From Vicinamibacteria bacterium (GTDB taxonomy: Bacteria; Acidobacteriota; Vicinamibacteria; Vicinamibacterales; JAENWD01): a stretch of 64,000 nt of DNA. The notes under the pieces are model-generated. The model had not been told where the DNA came from and did no database searches. It was given only the letters and a program-made list of their open reading frames with translations. How positions within the stretch are numbered: position 1 is the first letter of the stretch; every line of letters starts with the position of its first letter. The DNA lies in NCBI GenBank assembly GCA_963739995.1, contig CAVUCH010000001.1, positions 153,521 to 217,520 on the forward strand, in the 5' to 3' direction. Made by a program: the position numbers and the translations under genes. Shown one piece after another: positions 1 through 10,070 of the stretch.

Positions 1-999
1 GGCGACGAGGTCATCGTCCCGCCGTACACGTTCGTCGCGACCGTAAACGCGGTCCTCTTGATGCACGCGCTGCCCGTGTTCGTGGACAGCGACCTCGAGA
101 CGTTCCAGATTGACGCGAGAAAGGTCGAAGCTGCGACGACCGATCGCACCAGGGCCATCATCCCGGTGCACCTCGGAGGGGCCGCCGCCGATCTCGATAC
201 GATTCTGTCAATCGCGCAGAAGCGCGGGCTCCCGTTGATCGAGGACGCGTGCCAGGCGCACCTGGCCGAGTGGCGCGGGCGCAAGGTGGGGACGTACGGC
301 ATCGCCGGGTGCTTCAGCTTCCAGGCCAGCAAGAACCTCAACGCCGGCGAAGGCGGCGCGATACTTACCAGCGACGACGCTCTCCTCGAGAGGTGCTATC
401 GCTTCCACAACAACAGCCGTGGACGCGGCAACACCGGCAACGATTTTTCCTACCGCAACAGCGGCGCGAACCTGCGGATGACCGAGTTCCAGGCAGCCCT
501 CCTCATGGCGCAGATGACACGCCTCGAAGCGCAGGCTCTCACCCGCGACCAGAACGCCGCGCACCTCACGAGCCTCCTGAGGCAAATCCCCGGCATCGCG
601 CCCGCACGCATGTACGAGGGCTGCACGCGCAACGCGTACCACCTGTACATGTTCCGCTATGACGCCTCGGCGTTCTCCGGCCTTCCCCGCGCGGCGTTCC
701 TGAAGGCCCTCGGCGCTGAAGGCGTACCGGCATCGAGCGGGTACTCGCCCCTGAACAAGGAACCATTCCTGGAAGACGCGCTCGGGACGCGCGGCTTTCA
801 GGCGATTTACCCGAAGTCGCGACTGGACGAGTGGCGCGAGCGGAACCAGTGCCCGCAGAACGACCGCCTGTGCTCCGAGGCGATCTGGATGGGTCAGACG
901 ATGCTGCTCGGACCGCGTCAGGACATGGAAGACATCGCCGAAGCCGTACGGAAGGTGCAGGCGCATGCCCCGCAGCTCGCGCGGGACGCCACGGCCTGA
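1..999 (+). CDS. DegT/DnrJ/EryC1/StrS family PLP-dependent aminotransferase (5'-partial)
   Basis: Frame open from base 1 ([14 protein letters not shown]...); motifs [31 protein letters not shown] (PLP lysine). Confidence 0.93.
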   Translation, partial: GDEVIVPPYTFVATVNAVLLMHALPVFVDSDLETFQIDARKVEAATTDRTRAIIPVHLGGAAADLDTILSIAQKRGLPLIEDACQAHLAEWRGRKVGTYGIAGCFSFQASKNLNAGEGGAILTSDDALLERCYRFHNNSRGRGNTGNDFSYRNSGANLRMTEFQAALLMAQMTRLEAQALTRDQNAAHLTSLLRQIPGIAPARMYEGCTRNAYHLYMFRYDASAFSGLPRAAFLKALGAEGVPASSGYSPLNKEPFLEDALGTRGFQAIYPKSRLDEWRERNQCPQNDRLCSEAIWMGQTMLLGPRQDMEDIAEAVRKVQAHAPQLARDATA

Positions 1000-1124
1000 C
1001 GCCGCCCCGAGACCGAAACGATGTGGAGCCGGAACTTCAAAGGTCCCGTCGTGGCCACGTCGGATGCGCCGCTCGTCCTCGGGCTGAGCGTAGCGCTCCG
1101 GCGGCCTGCGCGGGGGGCTGCGGC

Positions 1125-1130
1125 TATAAT
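1125..1130 (+). promoter_or_regulatory. Candidate sigma70 -10 box for acyP-apt
   Basis: Perfect TATAAT 11 nt before the ATG at 1142 in a GC-rich context; no clear -35. Confidence 0.45.
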
Positions 1131-1141
1131 CAACGATTCGC

Positions 1142-1435
1142 ATGATCACCGGACGCCGCTACGTCGTATCGGGTCGTGTGCAGGGCGTCGGGTTCCGGTT
1201 CTTCGCGCGTGATGCCGCTGCGAGGGAAGGGATCCACGGATGGGTGCGCAACCTGCCCGAAGGCGCGGTGGAAATCGAGGCCCACGGGGATTCGGACGCG
1301 CTCACCCGGTTCGAGCGGGCCATCCGGCGCGGGCCGGCAGGTGCGCGGGTAGACGACGTGCTCGTGGATCCTGCGCCGCCCTCAGAGCGCCAGTACCGGC
1401 TTCCGCATCGAACCCTGACCGCAGTGATTGACTGA
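1142..1435 (+). CDS. acyP: Acylphosphatase
   Basis: VSGRVQGVGFR and GWVRNL motifs; the family-like C-terminus (..TGFRIEP*) is in another frame from ~1390, so a probable indel. Confidence 0.92.
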   Translation: MITGRRYVVSGRVQGVGFRFFARDAAAREGIHGWVRNLPEGAVEIEAHGDSDALTRFERAIRRGPAGARVDDVLVDPAPPSERQYRLPHRTLTAVID

Positions 1436-1443
1436 CACTCCAC

Positions 1444-1959
1444 ATGGACAACCTCAAAGACAAGATCCGGCACGTTCCCGATTTCCCGAAGGCGGGAATC
1501 CTCTTCTACGACATCACCACGCTGCTGCGCGAGCCGGCCGGGTTCCGGATGGTCGTGGATAGCCTCGCGCTCCCGTTCATGTCCGCTGCCATCGACGTCG
1601 TGGTGGGCATCGAGAGCCGCGGGTTCATCCTCGGCGGAGCAGTGGCGGACCGCATCGGCGCAGGGTTCTCTCCAGTGCGGAAGCCTGGCAAGCTGCCGTC
1701 GACGACAGTCCGTGAAAGCTACGCGCTCGAGTACGGGTCCGACGCGCTCGAAATCCATGCCGATGCGGTAGTCCCGGGTCAGCGCGTCCTGATTGTCGAT
1801 GACGTCATGGCGACCGGTGGCACGGCTCGGGCGACCGCCGCGCTCGTCCGGCGGCTCGGCGGCACGGTGCACGCCATCGCCTTTCTCATCGAGCTCGCCG
1901 CGCTGAACGGCAGAAGTCAGCTGACCGATGAGAACGTGTTCTCGGTGTTGAAGTACTGA
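1444..1959 (+). CDS. apt: Adenine phosphoribosyltransferase
   Basis: PDFPKAGILFYDIT, GIESRGF, RKPGKLP, YALEYG, VLIVDDVMATGGT (PRPP loop). Confidence 0.96.
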   Translation: MDNLKDKIRHVPDFPKAGILFYDITTLLREPAGFRMVVDSLALPFMSAAIDVVVGIESRGFILGGAVADRIGAGFSPVRKPGKLPSTTVRESYALEYGSDALEIHADAVVPGQRVLIVDDVMATGGTARATAALVRRLGGTVHAIAFLIELAALNGRSQLTDENVFSVLKY

Positions 1960-2005
1960 TACAGGTCACTCCGAGCCGGACGGCCGTGGACGCACAGTAC
2001 CCCAG

Positions 2006-2655
2006 ATGAGAAACAACGGGCTCTCGCTCGCTCTCCTGGCGCTCTTCCTTGTCTGCTGGCTGGGGCAGGCTGTTGCCGGGCTGAAGCACTACAACGACGA
2101 ACGCAGCCAGCACGGGCACACGACGGTCCGGTTCTCCCAGTACCTCCGAACGAGCGACTTCTGGGAGGCGACATTCGAGAACTGGGAAAGCGAGTTCCTG
2201 CAGATGGCCGTCTTCGTGCTGCTGACGACCTTTCTGTACCAGCGCGGGTCGGCGGAGTCGAAGCGGATCGGGGCCCTCGAAGCGGTCGATGTGGACCCAA
2301 GGGAGGTGAGCGCACCGGATGCACCGTGGGCAGTCAGGCGTGGGGGGCTCGTGCTTCGCCTGTACGAGAATTCGCTCGGGCTTGCATTGGTCCTTCTGTT
2401 TCTCGGGTCCATCGCTGGCCACGCTGTAGTCGGCGTGCATCGCTTGAACGAGGAGCAGGCGAGCCATGCCCAACCGGCCGCTTCGCTGCTCGAGTACGTG
2501 TCGGGTGGGGAGTTCTGGTTCGAGTCGCTTCAGAACTGGCAGAGCGAGTTCCTGTCCATCTGTGCCCTGGTGGTGTTGACGATCTTCTTGCGGCAGCGCG
2601 GCTCACCCGAGTCCAAGCGGTATATGCACCGCATTCGGAGACGGGGCGGAGCTGA
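2006..2655 (+). CDS. DUF6766-like membrane protein, internally duplicated; frameshift near 2617
   Basis: Two halves FWEATFENWESEFL..QRGSAESK and FWFESLQNWQSEFL..QRGSPESK; the plausible end VYAPHSETGRS* lies in the frame ending at 2655, which avoids the overlap with the transporter. Confidence 0.75.
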
Positions 2656-2704
2656 CGGTCGAGGGCGGCGGTCAATCACGCAGGCGAGCGCGTCGGCCAT
2701 CCGA

Positions 2705-4618
2705 TCACCCAAGGTGAATGCGCGGACGCCTTTCCGGGACTCGCTCCGCCTGGCGCAGGACTTCGCGTGTGACGGGTGCCACATCGCCTTCCCCCAAGGC
2801 GAGGAACTTGAGCAAGTACGCAATGGGATTCCCTTCGGTCCACCCGAAGTATGCGTGTGGTGGCCTGCCCGTGCGATCTCGGATGTACAACAGCAGCGCC
2901 GCGAGCGCGTTCGGCACGGCCGGACTGGTGCACCGCAGAATCCGGTGAGGCCCGACGCTCGCGCCGCGGACGACCAGATGGTCGCTGAACTCGGACGCGT
3001 CGGTCAGTCGCACTTCGACGAACAGGGGCGAGTGATGGGACGCGAGCGAATGTGACTCGGCGGCCTCCCGCAGCTTGCCCTGGTACTCCTCGATGTCCCC
3101 CCGGTCCGGGCGGTTCGCAATCACACGCACGGCCGGGTCCGCTGCCTCGTCGATGAATCGGGCCGCCGATTCGTCCGGCTGCACCTCCACGATCCGGAGC
3201 TCCGTAGACCGCAGCACGCGCGAGATGAGCGATGTTCCGATGATCACGACGATGAAGATGGACGCGATCTTGATCCCTTCCGGCCGTTCGATGACATTGA
3301 CGATGGTGGTGTAGAAGAAGATTGCTGTGACGGTCGCGTACAGCCAGAACCGCCGGCGCTCACGCCACGCGACAAGGGTCACGGCAAAGGCCCCGGACGA
3401 CATCAGCGCCAGTACGCCTGTCGCATAGGCCCCCCCTTGAGCAGTGACGTCCGCTTTGAAGAGCAGCGTGACCAGAAACGTGATTGCCGTGATGATGACG
3501 ACGAGCGGTCGGGTGGCCTTGGCCCACTCCGGGGCCATGCCATAGCGCGGCAGGTAGCGGGGCACCAGGTTCAGGAGCCCCACCATGGCCGATGCGCCGG
3601 CGAACCAGAGGATGGCGATCGTGCTCAGGTCGTACGCGGTACCGAAGGCTTCGCCGAAATGCTCATGGGCAAGGTAGGCCAGCGCGCGGTCGTTCGCCGC
3701 TCCTCCTTCCTCGAACGCCTCGGCCGGAATCAGCAGCGTGGTCACGAGGCTGCTTCCCATCAGCATGACGCTCATGATCAACGCCGCGGTCGCGAGAAGA
3801 CGCCGTGCATTTCTGATACGGCCGACCGGATATTCGGGTAGATCGTCCGCGTCGCCGCGGACGAGAGGCATGACCGCCACGCCTGTCTCGAACCCCGAGA
3901 GGCCGAGGGCAAGCTTGGGGAAGAGCACGAGGGCCACCAGGCCCATCCTGAATGGGTTGCCGTGTTCCGCCACGAGCATCTCCTGCCAGCGCGCCAACAG
4001 TTCGGGATGCAGCCAGATGTGATGCAGGCCCCACGCGATCAGGACGACGTTCAGCAGGAGATACGCGGCCACGATCGGGACCGCCAGGCCGACGGCCTCA
4101 CGAAATCCCTTGAGGAAGACCGCACCGAGCGCCGTCAGGAGGAGAAGCGTGAGCGGCACGGGATGCCGCATCGCGAGCGGCATCATCGGATTCTCCAGGA
4201 TGTGCGCGGCGGCGTCCGCAGCGGACAGCGTCATCGTGATCACGAACGCGGTGGATGCGAACCCGAGCAGGCACAGGATCAGCGTCTTGCCCCGCCAGCG
4301 TGGCAGCAGCGTTCGCAGCAGCACGATGCTGCCTTCGCCGTGCGGGCTCAACTCGGCCACACGGCTGTACATCGGCAACGCCGCGAACAGCGTGAGCAGC
4401 ACGAGGACGAGAGTAGCCAGCGGCGAGAGCGTGCCCGCTGCGAGGAAGGCAATTCCCGGCTGATAGCCGAGCGTCGAGAAGTAGTCCACGCCGGTGAGGC
4501 ACATGACCTTCCACCATGCGTCGGTGTGCGTCGGCTGTGGGGGCTCCGAGCCCCCCTGCCGCATGCCGTGCATGAGCCATCGTCTGAAGCGCGAGCGCGT
4601 GTGCGTATCGTGCGGCAT
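2705..4618 (-). CDS. Amino acid transporter (APC superfamily) with soluble C-terminal domain
   Basis: 637 aa, ~12 hydrophobic segments, [41 protein letters not shown]. Confidence 0.85.
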   Translation of the reverse strand: MPHDTHTRSRFRRWLMHGMRQGGSEPPQPTHTDAWWKVMCLTGVDYFSTLGYQPGIAFLAAGTLSPLATLVLVLLTLFAALPMYSRVAELSPHGEGSIVLLRTLLPRWRGKTLILCLLGFASTAFVITMTLSAADAAAHILENPMMPLAMRHPVPLTLLLLTALGAVFLKGFREAVGLAVPIVAAYLLLNVVLIAWGLHHIWLHPELLARWQEMLVAEHGNPFRMGLVALVLFPKLALGLSGFETGVAVMPLVRGDADDLPEYPVGRIRNARRLLATAALIMSVMLMGSSLVTTLLIPAEAFEEGGAANDRALAYLAHEHFGEAFGTAYDLSTIAILWFAGASAMVGLLNLVPRYLPRYGMAPEWAKATRPLVVIITAITFLVTLLFKADVTAQGGAYATGVLALMSSGAFAVTLVAWRERRRFWLYATVTAIFFYTTIVNVIERPEGIKIASIFIVVIIGTSLISRVLRSTELRIVEVQPDESAARFIDEAADPAVRVIANRPDRGDIEEYQGKLREAAESHSLASHHSPLFVEVRLTDASEFSDHLVVRGASVGPHRILRCTSPAVPNALAALLLYIRDRTGRPPHAYFGWTEGNPIAYLLKFLALGEGDVAPVTREVLRQAERVPERRPRIHLG

Positions 4619-4627
4619 CGAGCGGGG

Positions 4628-5179
4628 TCAATTGTTCCGAACGGACGGCCGGCGCCCCGCGGCGTCCGGCAGCTGCTGGCGCAGAGTGCGGACGAGCTCA
4701 AACACGTTCGTCTCCTCGCTGAGTTTCCGTGCGGATCTCTTCGTCGCTCGGCGAGGCATCCCGAGGCGTTCCGAGATGCGCCGCAGGAGCTTCAACATGA
4801 GGGTCAATTCCTGTTCAGCCAGCATACTGATCTGCAGGCTGAGGTGATCGCGCTCATCGCTCTGCCGACTCATTCGATTTTGTGCGATTAGCACGAAGGT
4901 CGCTATCAGCACCCCTCCAGCGACACGATGAACGTGAGGAGGCCATAGGGATCGAACCGCAGGGGTGGCGAGGCGAGTCCGTTCCAGGCAATCCAGGCGA
5001 TCATAGCCGCGGCATGGACGGACACGAACGTCATGGTGCCGACGAAGTCGCTGATTGCCTGTCCCACCCGCTCCCCGAGTGAGGCTCGCCGAATGGCCTG
5101 CCGCTCGACCTCGACGATGGCCTTGATGTTTTCCGTCGTCGGATCGGGGTGGCCCCTTCCCTCCGTCCTGCTGACGCAT
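4628..5179 (-). CDS. DUF1003 family membrane protein (compensating frameshifts)
   Basis: An alternate frame reads ENIKAIVEVE..FDPYGLLTFIVSLE and joins VLIATFVLIAQNRMSRQSDERDHLSLQISMLAEQE at a G run near 4915. Confidence 0.72.
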   Translation of the reverse strand: MRQQDGGKGPPRSDDGKHQGHRRGRAAGHSASLTRGAGGTGNQRLRRHHDVRVRPCRGYDRLDCLERTRLATPAVRSLWPPHVHRVAGGVLIATFVLIAQNRMSRQSDERDHLSLQISMLAEQELTLMLKLLRRISERLGMPRRATKRSARKLSEETNVFELVRTLRQQLPDAAGRRPSVRNN

Positions 5180-5312
5180 GGGCAGGGCCTGGTGCAAGGC
5201 CTACGCCCGTTCGACTCCAGCAGCCGCAGGGCGTTGGAAAACCAGACCGTTGCGCGCCCGTCTCCGGGCTCCGCCAGGATCGCGGGTGGCTCAGACGAGA
5301 CAGCAGGCTCAG

Positions 5313-5531
5313 TCAGGAGGCGCGGGTGTTGCGGGCGTCGTGACCGGCAAGGCGGCGGTCCATCATCTGTCGGCGCTCGGGATGCGACCAGACGAACGTG
5401 CAGTCATCGCATCGCAGATAGAAGAAGAAATCGGCGACGGTGGCGAGACGTACCCGCACGCTGGAGCATGATGGGCACGGGAAGCCACTGACCGGGGGGT
5501 GCGTCTCGGGATTGGGGTTACGCCTGTCCAT
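5313..5531 (-). CDS. Small zinc-ribbon protein (72 aa)
   Basis: CPSC-x18-CDDC-xxxW followed by ERRQMMDRR. Confidence 0.55.
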   Translation of the reverse strand: MDRRNPNPETHPPVSGFPCPSCSSVRVRLATVADFFFYLRCDDCTFVWSHPERRQMMDRRLAGHDARNTRAS

Positions 5532-6044
5532 ATGAGTGCGTGGATCGTATACGCACAGACAGCTGCCCGTCAGTGGCGGCATGCGCAATCGATGTCTGCG
5601 AGGAGACACCTGTATCGTCAATGACACGGCGATCCGGGTTGGGGGGCGCGAACTCACCCTGAAATGGAGGAGACGGTCGGCGATCCTGCTCGAAGCCGCG
5701 TCGCAGTCGTGCCGCTCGCGGGTCCTGCTTGCCCTGGGTTGGCGTGGAACTCGGCGCTCCGTCTCCTCCGGCCGCCACTCCCCGCGCTGCGTCAGGATCG
5801 GGCTCCGGAGGAACGCCAATCATGCCAGAGCGGACCGAACCGCCGTTTACACCACCGACGCGGCCGATCGCGACCGCCCTTTTCGTGAATGTTGCAGTGC
5901 CACTCACCACCCCTCAGCCATTAGCGGTTCCGGCCTGGTACTAGGACGTTGAGCCTATTGTCTGCACCGGGAGCGCCGCGTACGTTGGGTCCACAGCGCC
6001 GCGTAGGTTGGGTCCACATTCTCCGGCGTCCGAAAGGGATTTCG

Positions 6045-6329
6045 ATGGGCAAGTTGAGCGGCCTCGATGATAGCGATCACGGTGAGGCTCGGAGAACGTT
6101 CCTCAAGAAGGCTGCGTACGCCACCCCGGTGATTCTCACGCTGAAGGCGGTCCCCTCCTTTGCGTCCTATGGCTCGGGCCCGGGCCCAGCTCCCACGGGC
6201 CAGGGAGACGACGGTGTCGGCGAGGGCTTCAATCCGCACCCGCACAAGGGTCACAAGGAGAAAGCCCCCAAGGACAAGGCCCCCAAGGACAAGGCCGAGA
6301 AGCACGGAAAGCCGAAGAAGAACAAATAG
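6045..6329 (+). CDS. Small protein with twin-arginine/leader-like N-terminus and Lys-rich tail (94 aa)
   Basis: AAGGG SD-like site; RRTFLKKAAYATPVILTLKAVPSFA; 15-bp tandem repeat at 6264-6293 encoding APKDK x2. Confidence 0.7.
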   Translation: MGKLSGLDDSDHGEARRTFLKKAAYATPVILTLKAVPSFASYGSGPGPAPTGQGDDGVGEGFNPHPHKGHKEKAPKDKAPKDKAEKHGKPKKNK

Positions 6330-6519
6330 CGGCGTGTCGAGCCGCGTCCCCCGAAGGGCGACGAGGGGGTTGGGCTTGCTTCGCCTCGCGACGCGAGGTT
6401 GCGAGAACGAGCTCAGGAACACCGTGCGCCGCGTGTTCTTCCCCTTGTTGGCCGTGCAATGCGCGCTGCCCAGGTGCGGCTGCAGCTCATTCGCACGGGC
6501 GCTCGGAGCCTGGAGCCCC

Positions 6520-6705
6520 ATGATCAGCGATGCGCGGTTTCCCTGCCCGTGCGGCACGACGGTCCATGTGGAGTACGAGACGTCGGCTGGGTACATGATG
6601 CATCCCTGGCCCATCGCATGTCCGCAGTGTGCCCGCTCGATCCAGCGATCGTTGCCTGCAGTCCGCATCCTGTCGATCAGGGCGACATCGTTGCCACCGA
6701 ACTAG
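6520..6705 (+). CDS. Small Cys-rich (CxC...CxxC) protein (61 aa)
   Basis: GGAG SD then ATG; FPCPCG..IACPQC. Confidence 0.5.
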   Translation: MISDARFPCPCGTTVHVEYETSAGYMMHPWPIACPQCARSIQRSLPAVRILSIRATSLPPN

Positions 6706-6870
6706 AGTGGCGATCACATCCTGGCTCGGTGCTGAGGAGACGGCAGCAGTGCCAAGCTCGAGTCGTGATCCGGGTAATTGACTCCGGTGCAACGGAGCAC
6801 GATGTTGACGACCCATTAACAGGCCGTGGTGGCGCTGGCTCCTCGACACGCTGACGACGGAGGCGATCGA

Positions 6871-7068
6871 ATGGCCGCACTAGCCGATGCCGAGGCTGAA
6901 CTGGCGGCTCCGGCCGAAGTCGGCGACTTACGCGAGGCGCTCGCGCACGCGCTCGCGGTCGCTGCGCACGAGCAACGGCTGCGGGAGCAGGCGCAAGACA
7001 CCGCCGCCCGGGCCTGGCGTGTCACGACGACCTGGCCGCGCCGCGCCGACCGTCCCGGCGCGAGATGA
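6871..7068 (+). CDS. Hypothetical helical protein in element
   Basis: GGAGG SD 7 nt before the ATG; Ala/Glu-rich 65 aa. Confidence 0.5.
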   Translation: MAALADAEAELAAPAEVGDLREALAHALAVAAHEQRLREQAQDTAARAWRVTTTWPRRADRPGAR

Positions 7069-7083
7069 GCGCGTGCACGTTCG

Positions 7084-7113
7084 TTGACGCATCGTATGAG
7101 TATGTAATACACT
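7084..7113 (+). promoter_or_regulatory. Candidate sigma70 promoter giving a leaderless RHH mRNA
   Basis: TTGACG-18 nt-TACACT with the ATG 7 nt downstream; AT-rich spacer. Confidence 0.5.
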
Positions 7114-7120
7114 CGCGCCC

Positions 7121-7309
7121 ATGCCTGCGCGACGCATCATCAGCACGTTTCGGCTCGATCCGGACTTGCTCGACGGGTTACAGGCCATCTGGAAACGGGA
7201 CGGCGTACAACCCTCAGAACAAGTCCGGCGCGCGATCCGCATGTGGCTGAAGTCGCGAGGCATGGAGAAGGCGGACCGCAGGCGCGCGAGCACGCGCACG
7301 CGGTCCTGA
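7121..7309 (+). CDS. CopG/ribbon-helix-helix DNA-binding protein
   Basis: ISTFRLDPDLLDGLQAIWKRDGVQPSEQVRRAIRMWL matches the beta-alpha-alpha RHH pattern. Confidence 0.8.
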   Translation: MPARRIISTFRLDPDLLDGLQAIWKRDGVQPSEQVRRAIRMWLKSRGMEKADRRRASTRTRS

Positions 7310-7387
7310 GCCAGTCAGCAGCGTGAACCTGCCGACGTGCCTGCGAGCCAGTATCGCAGACCCGCCGGCCTCTCCTCTCGAGGCCCG

Positions 7388-7660
7388 ATGAAGATCTTCA
7401 CGACCGCAGACGAGACATTCGAGGCGCGGCTCCACGCCTATGATCGTGAGGTGTTATGGCTGGTCGATGCCACGCATGGACGGTATCAGTTTGCATTGGC
7501 GTTGCAAGGCGGCTGGCGCATCCTGGAGACCACGCCGACCGAGCGCGCGCTGCTCGAGGTGCATGGGTTCGCGAGCCGGGAGCGTGCAGTAATGCTGCGA
7601 AACTTCGGCGCACGCATCGAGCGCGCGGGCATTAAGGCGCTGCTCACGGGGAGGGAGTGA
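7388..7660 (+). CDS. Hypothetical protein
   Basis: GAGG SD, globular-looking 90 aa, stop overlaps the next start. Confidence 0.5.
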   Translation: MKIFTTADETFEARLHAYDREVLWLVDATHGRYQFALALQGGWRILETTPTERALLEVHGFASRERAVMLRNFGARIERAGIKALLTGRE

Positions 7661-8175
7661 TGAAGTGGATCGACGATGTGATGGCGAGTCAATGGCGCAC
7701 CCACGAGAGGGACCCGCGCTACCGCGACGCAGAGAACAATCCCACGCGCCTGGTCTGGCCGGCGCTGGTGACAGACCTGTGGCATGCCATCGAAGCTTTC
7801 AACCGCGGAGGCCGCAGAGCGGTTGAGCCTGCGGCATTCTTGGATGATGGCGGTGCCTACCGGGCGGTGTTCGGCGGTGAGTCAGTGTCGGTGCAGCTAC
7901 ACGAGCGGGAGTTTGTTTACATCTACACCGCCATGACTCCGGCATCGGCTGGCCGAAACACAACCATGGGCGCATTCTTTCAGCGCATCCAAATCTTCGG
8001 CCCTGACGACACCGAGGGTGGGTTGCAGCGCGTCATCAACGACGGTGAGCCAGAGATTCTGACGGTTGAAGCCAGCGGCGACCCGACCGCCGAGAGTTAC
8101 GACGAGACGCGGGCCAAAGTTGTCGAGTGGATTCTCGTTCCTCTCTTCGCGGTCAATGAAGGAAGCCGCCGATGA
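7657..8175 (+). CDS. Hypothetical protein
   Basis: 172 aa, coupled to both neighbours (overlaps at 7657-7660 and 8172-8175). Confidence 0.6.
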   Translation: MMKWIDDVMASQWRTHERDPRYRDAENNPTRLVWPALVTDLWHAIEAFNRGGRRAVEPAAFLDDGGAYRAVFGGESVSVQLHEREFVYIYTAMTPASAGRNTTMGAFFQRIQIFGPDDTEGGLQRVINDGEPEILTVEASGDPTAESYDETRAKVVEWILVPLFAVNEGSRR

Positions 8176-9523
8176 AATCCAAGCGCCAGCGTGACGACGG
8201 GCTGCGGAAGATCTGCGCGTGCCGCTCGTGGACGAGTGCGAAGTGTGATCACCCGTGGTACTTCTGGTACAAGGCCAAGGGCAAGCCCCGCGTGCGCGTA
8301 TCGCTGGACCGCTACGCCGGGTCGGCACGTCGAGAAGATCGAAGAGGCGAAGGGCTTTGCCGCCACGCTCCGCGGTGCCGTGGATGCGGGCACTTATCCA
8401 CCGCCGTCCGTGTCGCCAGAGCCGATCGCCGTCGTGACGTTTGCTGTGGCGGCGGATCGGTTCTGGAAGACGGTCCCGATCAAGAGGGGCAAGAACCAGG
8501 GCAAGCCGCGCGGGACGAACGAAGCGCAGATGATCGGCAAGCTGTGCGCCTGGACGCCTCCGGCGCGTCTGGGCGCTCGGCCAGCACTCCCCCGCCGACG
8601 TGACAGAGGACGTGCTCGAGGCGTTCACGGCGCACCTGCGCGAGCAGGGCCGCGCGGCCTCGACCGTCAGCAACTACATCCAGTTGATCAAGGCGATCGA
8701 CCGATGGCTGGCGCAGAAGGGCTATCGTCTGCTCCCGCCGTGAGCGGCGAGGCCGACGGCCTGCGCCGCGGGAAGGCCACCAAACGCCACCGGAGGCTCG
8801 TCCCCGACACGATCGACGAGCACGGCAAGGTGACACAGGAGGGCGAAGAGCGACGGCTCCTGAAGGCCGCGACCCCGTGGCTGCAACGGCTGATCATCGG
8901 CGGCGATCGAAACGGGCTGCCGCCGCGGCGAGTTGCTCGGCCTGACGTGGGGCGACGTGGATCTCACGCGCGGCGAGCTGACCGTGACCGGGCGACACGA
9001 ACAAGACCGGCCAGGGGCGCGCGATTCCGATCTCGCCACGGCTGCGGGCCGTGCTCGACCTGCTGAAGCTGGACCCGGCCGGTAAGGAGCGGTCCGCGGC
9101 AGCACTCACGTTTTCGGGGATGCGATCGGGCAAGCGGTGGCGTCCACGAAGAAGGGCATGGGAGACGGCCGTGCTCCGCGCCAACGGCATCGAGCCGACG
9201 TGGACCGCCAGTCGCGGCCTCGCGGCCGACGTCGCGCCGGGCGCTGCAAGCGATCGATCTGCACTTCCACGACCTGCGGCACGAGGCCGGCTCGCGGATG
9301 TTGGAATCGGGTTGGCCGCTGCATCACGTCCAGAGGATGCTCGGCCACGCGGACGTGAAGCAAACTGCGCACGTACCTGAACGCAGAGCGCGTCGGCCTG
9401 CACGACTCCATGAAGCGGTTCGGCACGACCCCCGCGTGGCAATCCGTGGCAATCACCCCGGTCGGAGAGCAACTGGCACCTGCCACGGCGAGGCGCCTAA
9501 AGCGCCGCAATCGAATCAAGTAA
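8172..9523 (+). pseudogene. Tyrosine recombinase/integrase, multiply frameshifted
   Basis: Stitched frames give LRKICAC..KCDHPW (N-term), ETGCRRGELLGLTWGDVD, NKTG, LHFHDLRHEAGSR, QRMLGHAD, TYLNA; about nine frame changes. Confidence 0.88.
9435..9454 (+). repeat. 10-bp perfect tandem repeat CGTGGCAATC x2 (candidate integrase arm-type sites)
   Basis: Seen ~80 bp from the tRNA 3' end; related GTGGCGATC at 6707-6715 and inverted TTGCCAC at 6691-6697. Confidence 0.5.
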
Positions 9524-9534
9524 CGGGTTTAGAG

Positions 9535-9611
9535 TGGCGTCCCCGGCAGGTCTCGAACCTGCGACCCCCGGTTTAGGAAACCGGTGCTCTATCCTGCTGA
9601 GCTACGGGGAC
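9535..9611 (-). tRNA. tRNA-Arg (anticodon CCT)
   Basis: Reverse complement folds as GTCCCCG/CGGGGAC acceptor stem, GCTC/GAGC D stem, CCGGT-TTCCTAA-ACCGG anticodon arm, GCAGG-TTCGAGA-CCTGC T arm, G-CCA end; 77 nt. Confidence 0.97.
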
Positions 9612-9638
9612 GTGAGGTTTTCGCTAACCAAGCATTCG

Positions 9639-10070
9639 CTAGGCACCGAGCTTGGCGAGGGGCGACGACGGCTCATTGTCCCTTTTCTGTCCCTGTCCCG
9701 CGACGTCAGGCTTCCGCGCGGCCTCGCGCAAGTCGCCAGCACTCGATGTTGTAGCGCTCGAACACCGAGGGAGCCTTGTGTCCGGTCAACTGCATCGCCG
9801 CGCGCTCCGGGACGCCCGCGCGCACCAAGTTTCGCACGGCCGTTCGTCGGAAGTCATGCAGGTGCGACCCGGACAGCCTACGGCCGCGCAGGCCGACGCC
9901 AACCCTTGCGGAATGAGCCGATGCGGGCGCCATTAGTTCTTCGTGAAGACGAGCCGTGGGATCATGCGCTTCAGCCGCTCCGCGTGCGCCTGCTGGTCCT
10001 CGAGCGCCCGGCGCAGTTCGGCCGTCATCGGGAATGTCCGCGCTTCCCAGTTCTTCGTGCTGTCGATGTG
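9639..10070 (-). pseudogene. C-terminal fragment of a second tyrosine integrase
   Basis: [17 protein letters not shown]..., [35 protein letters not shown]; frameshifts; N-terminal part not recognisable. Confidence 0.85.
9677..9699 (+). repeat. TGTCCC x3 (candidate arm-type sites of integrase 2)
   Basis: Copies at 9677, 9688 and 9694, between the integrase catalytic region and the tRNA. Confidence 0.4.

Larger units (their letters stand above)
6703..9539. mobile_element. Candidate ~2.8 kb integrative element at the 3' end of tRNA-Arg(CCT)
   Basis: Direct repeat TAGAGTGGCG at 6703-6712 and 9530-9539, overlapping the tRNA CCA end; encloses an RHH gene, three hypotheticals and an integrase ending next to the tRNA. 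Confidence 0.55.

Noticed and set aside
2656-3055. C-terminal extension of the DUF6766 ORF
   Set aside because: Produced by a frameshift near 2617 and overlaps the transporter antisense.
9435-9699. Short repeats around the tRNA as a CRISPR array
   Set aside because: Repeats are 6-10 bp without spacers and no cas genes are present; no CRISPR array was seen in the window.
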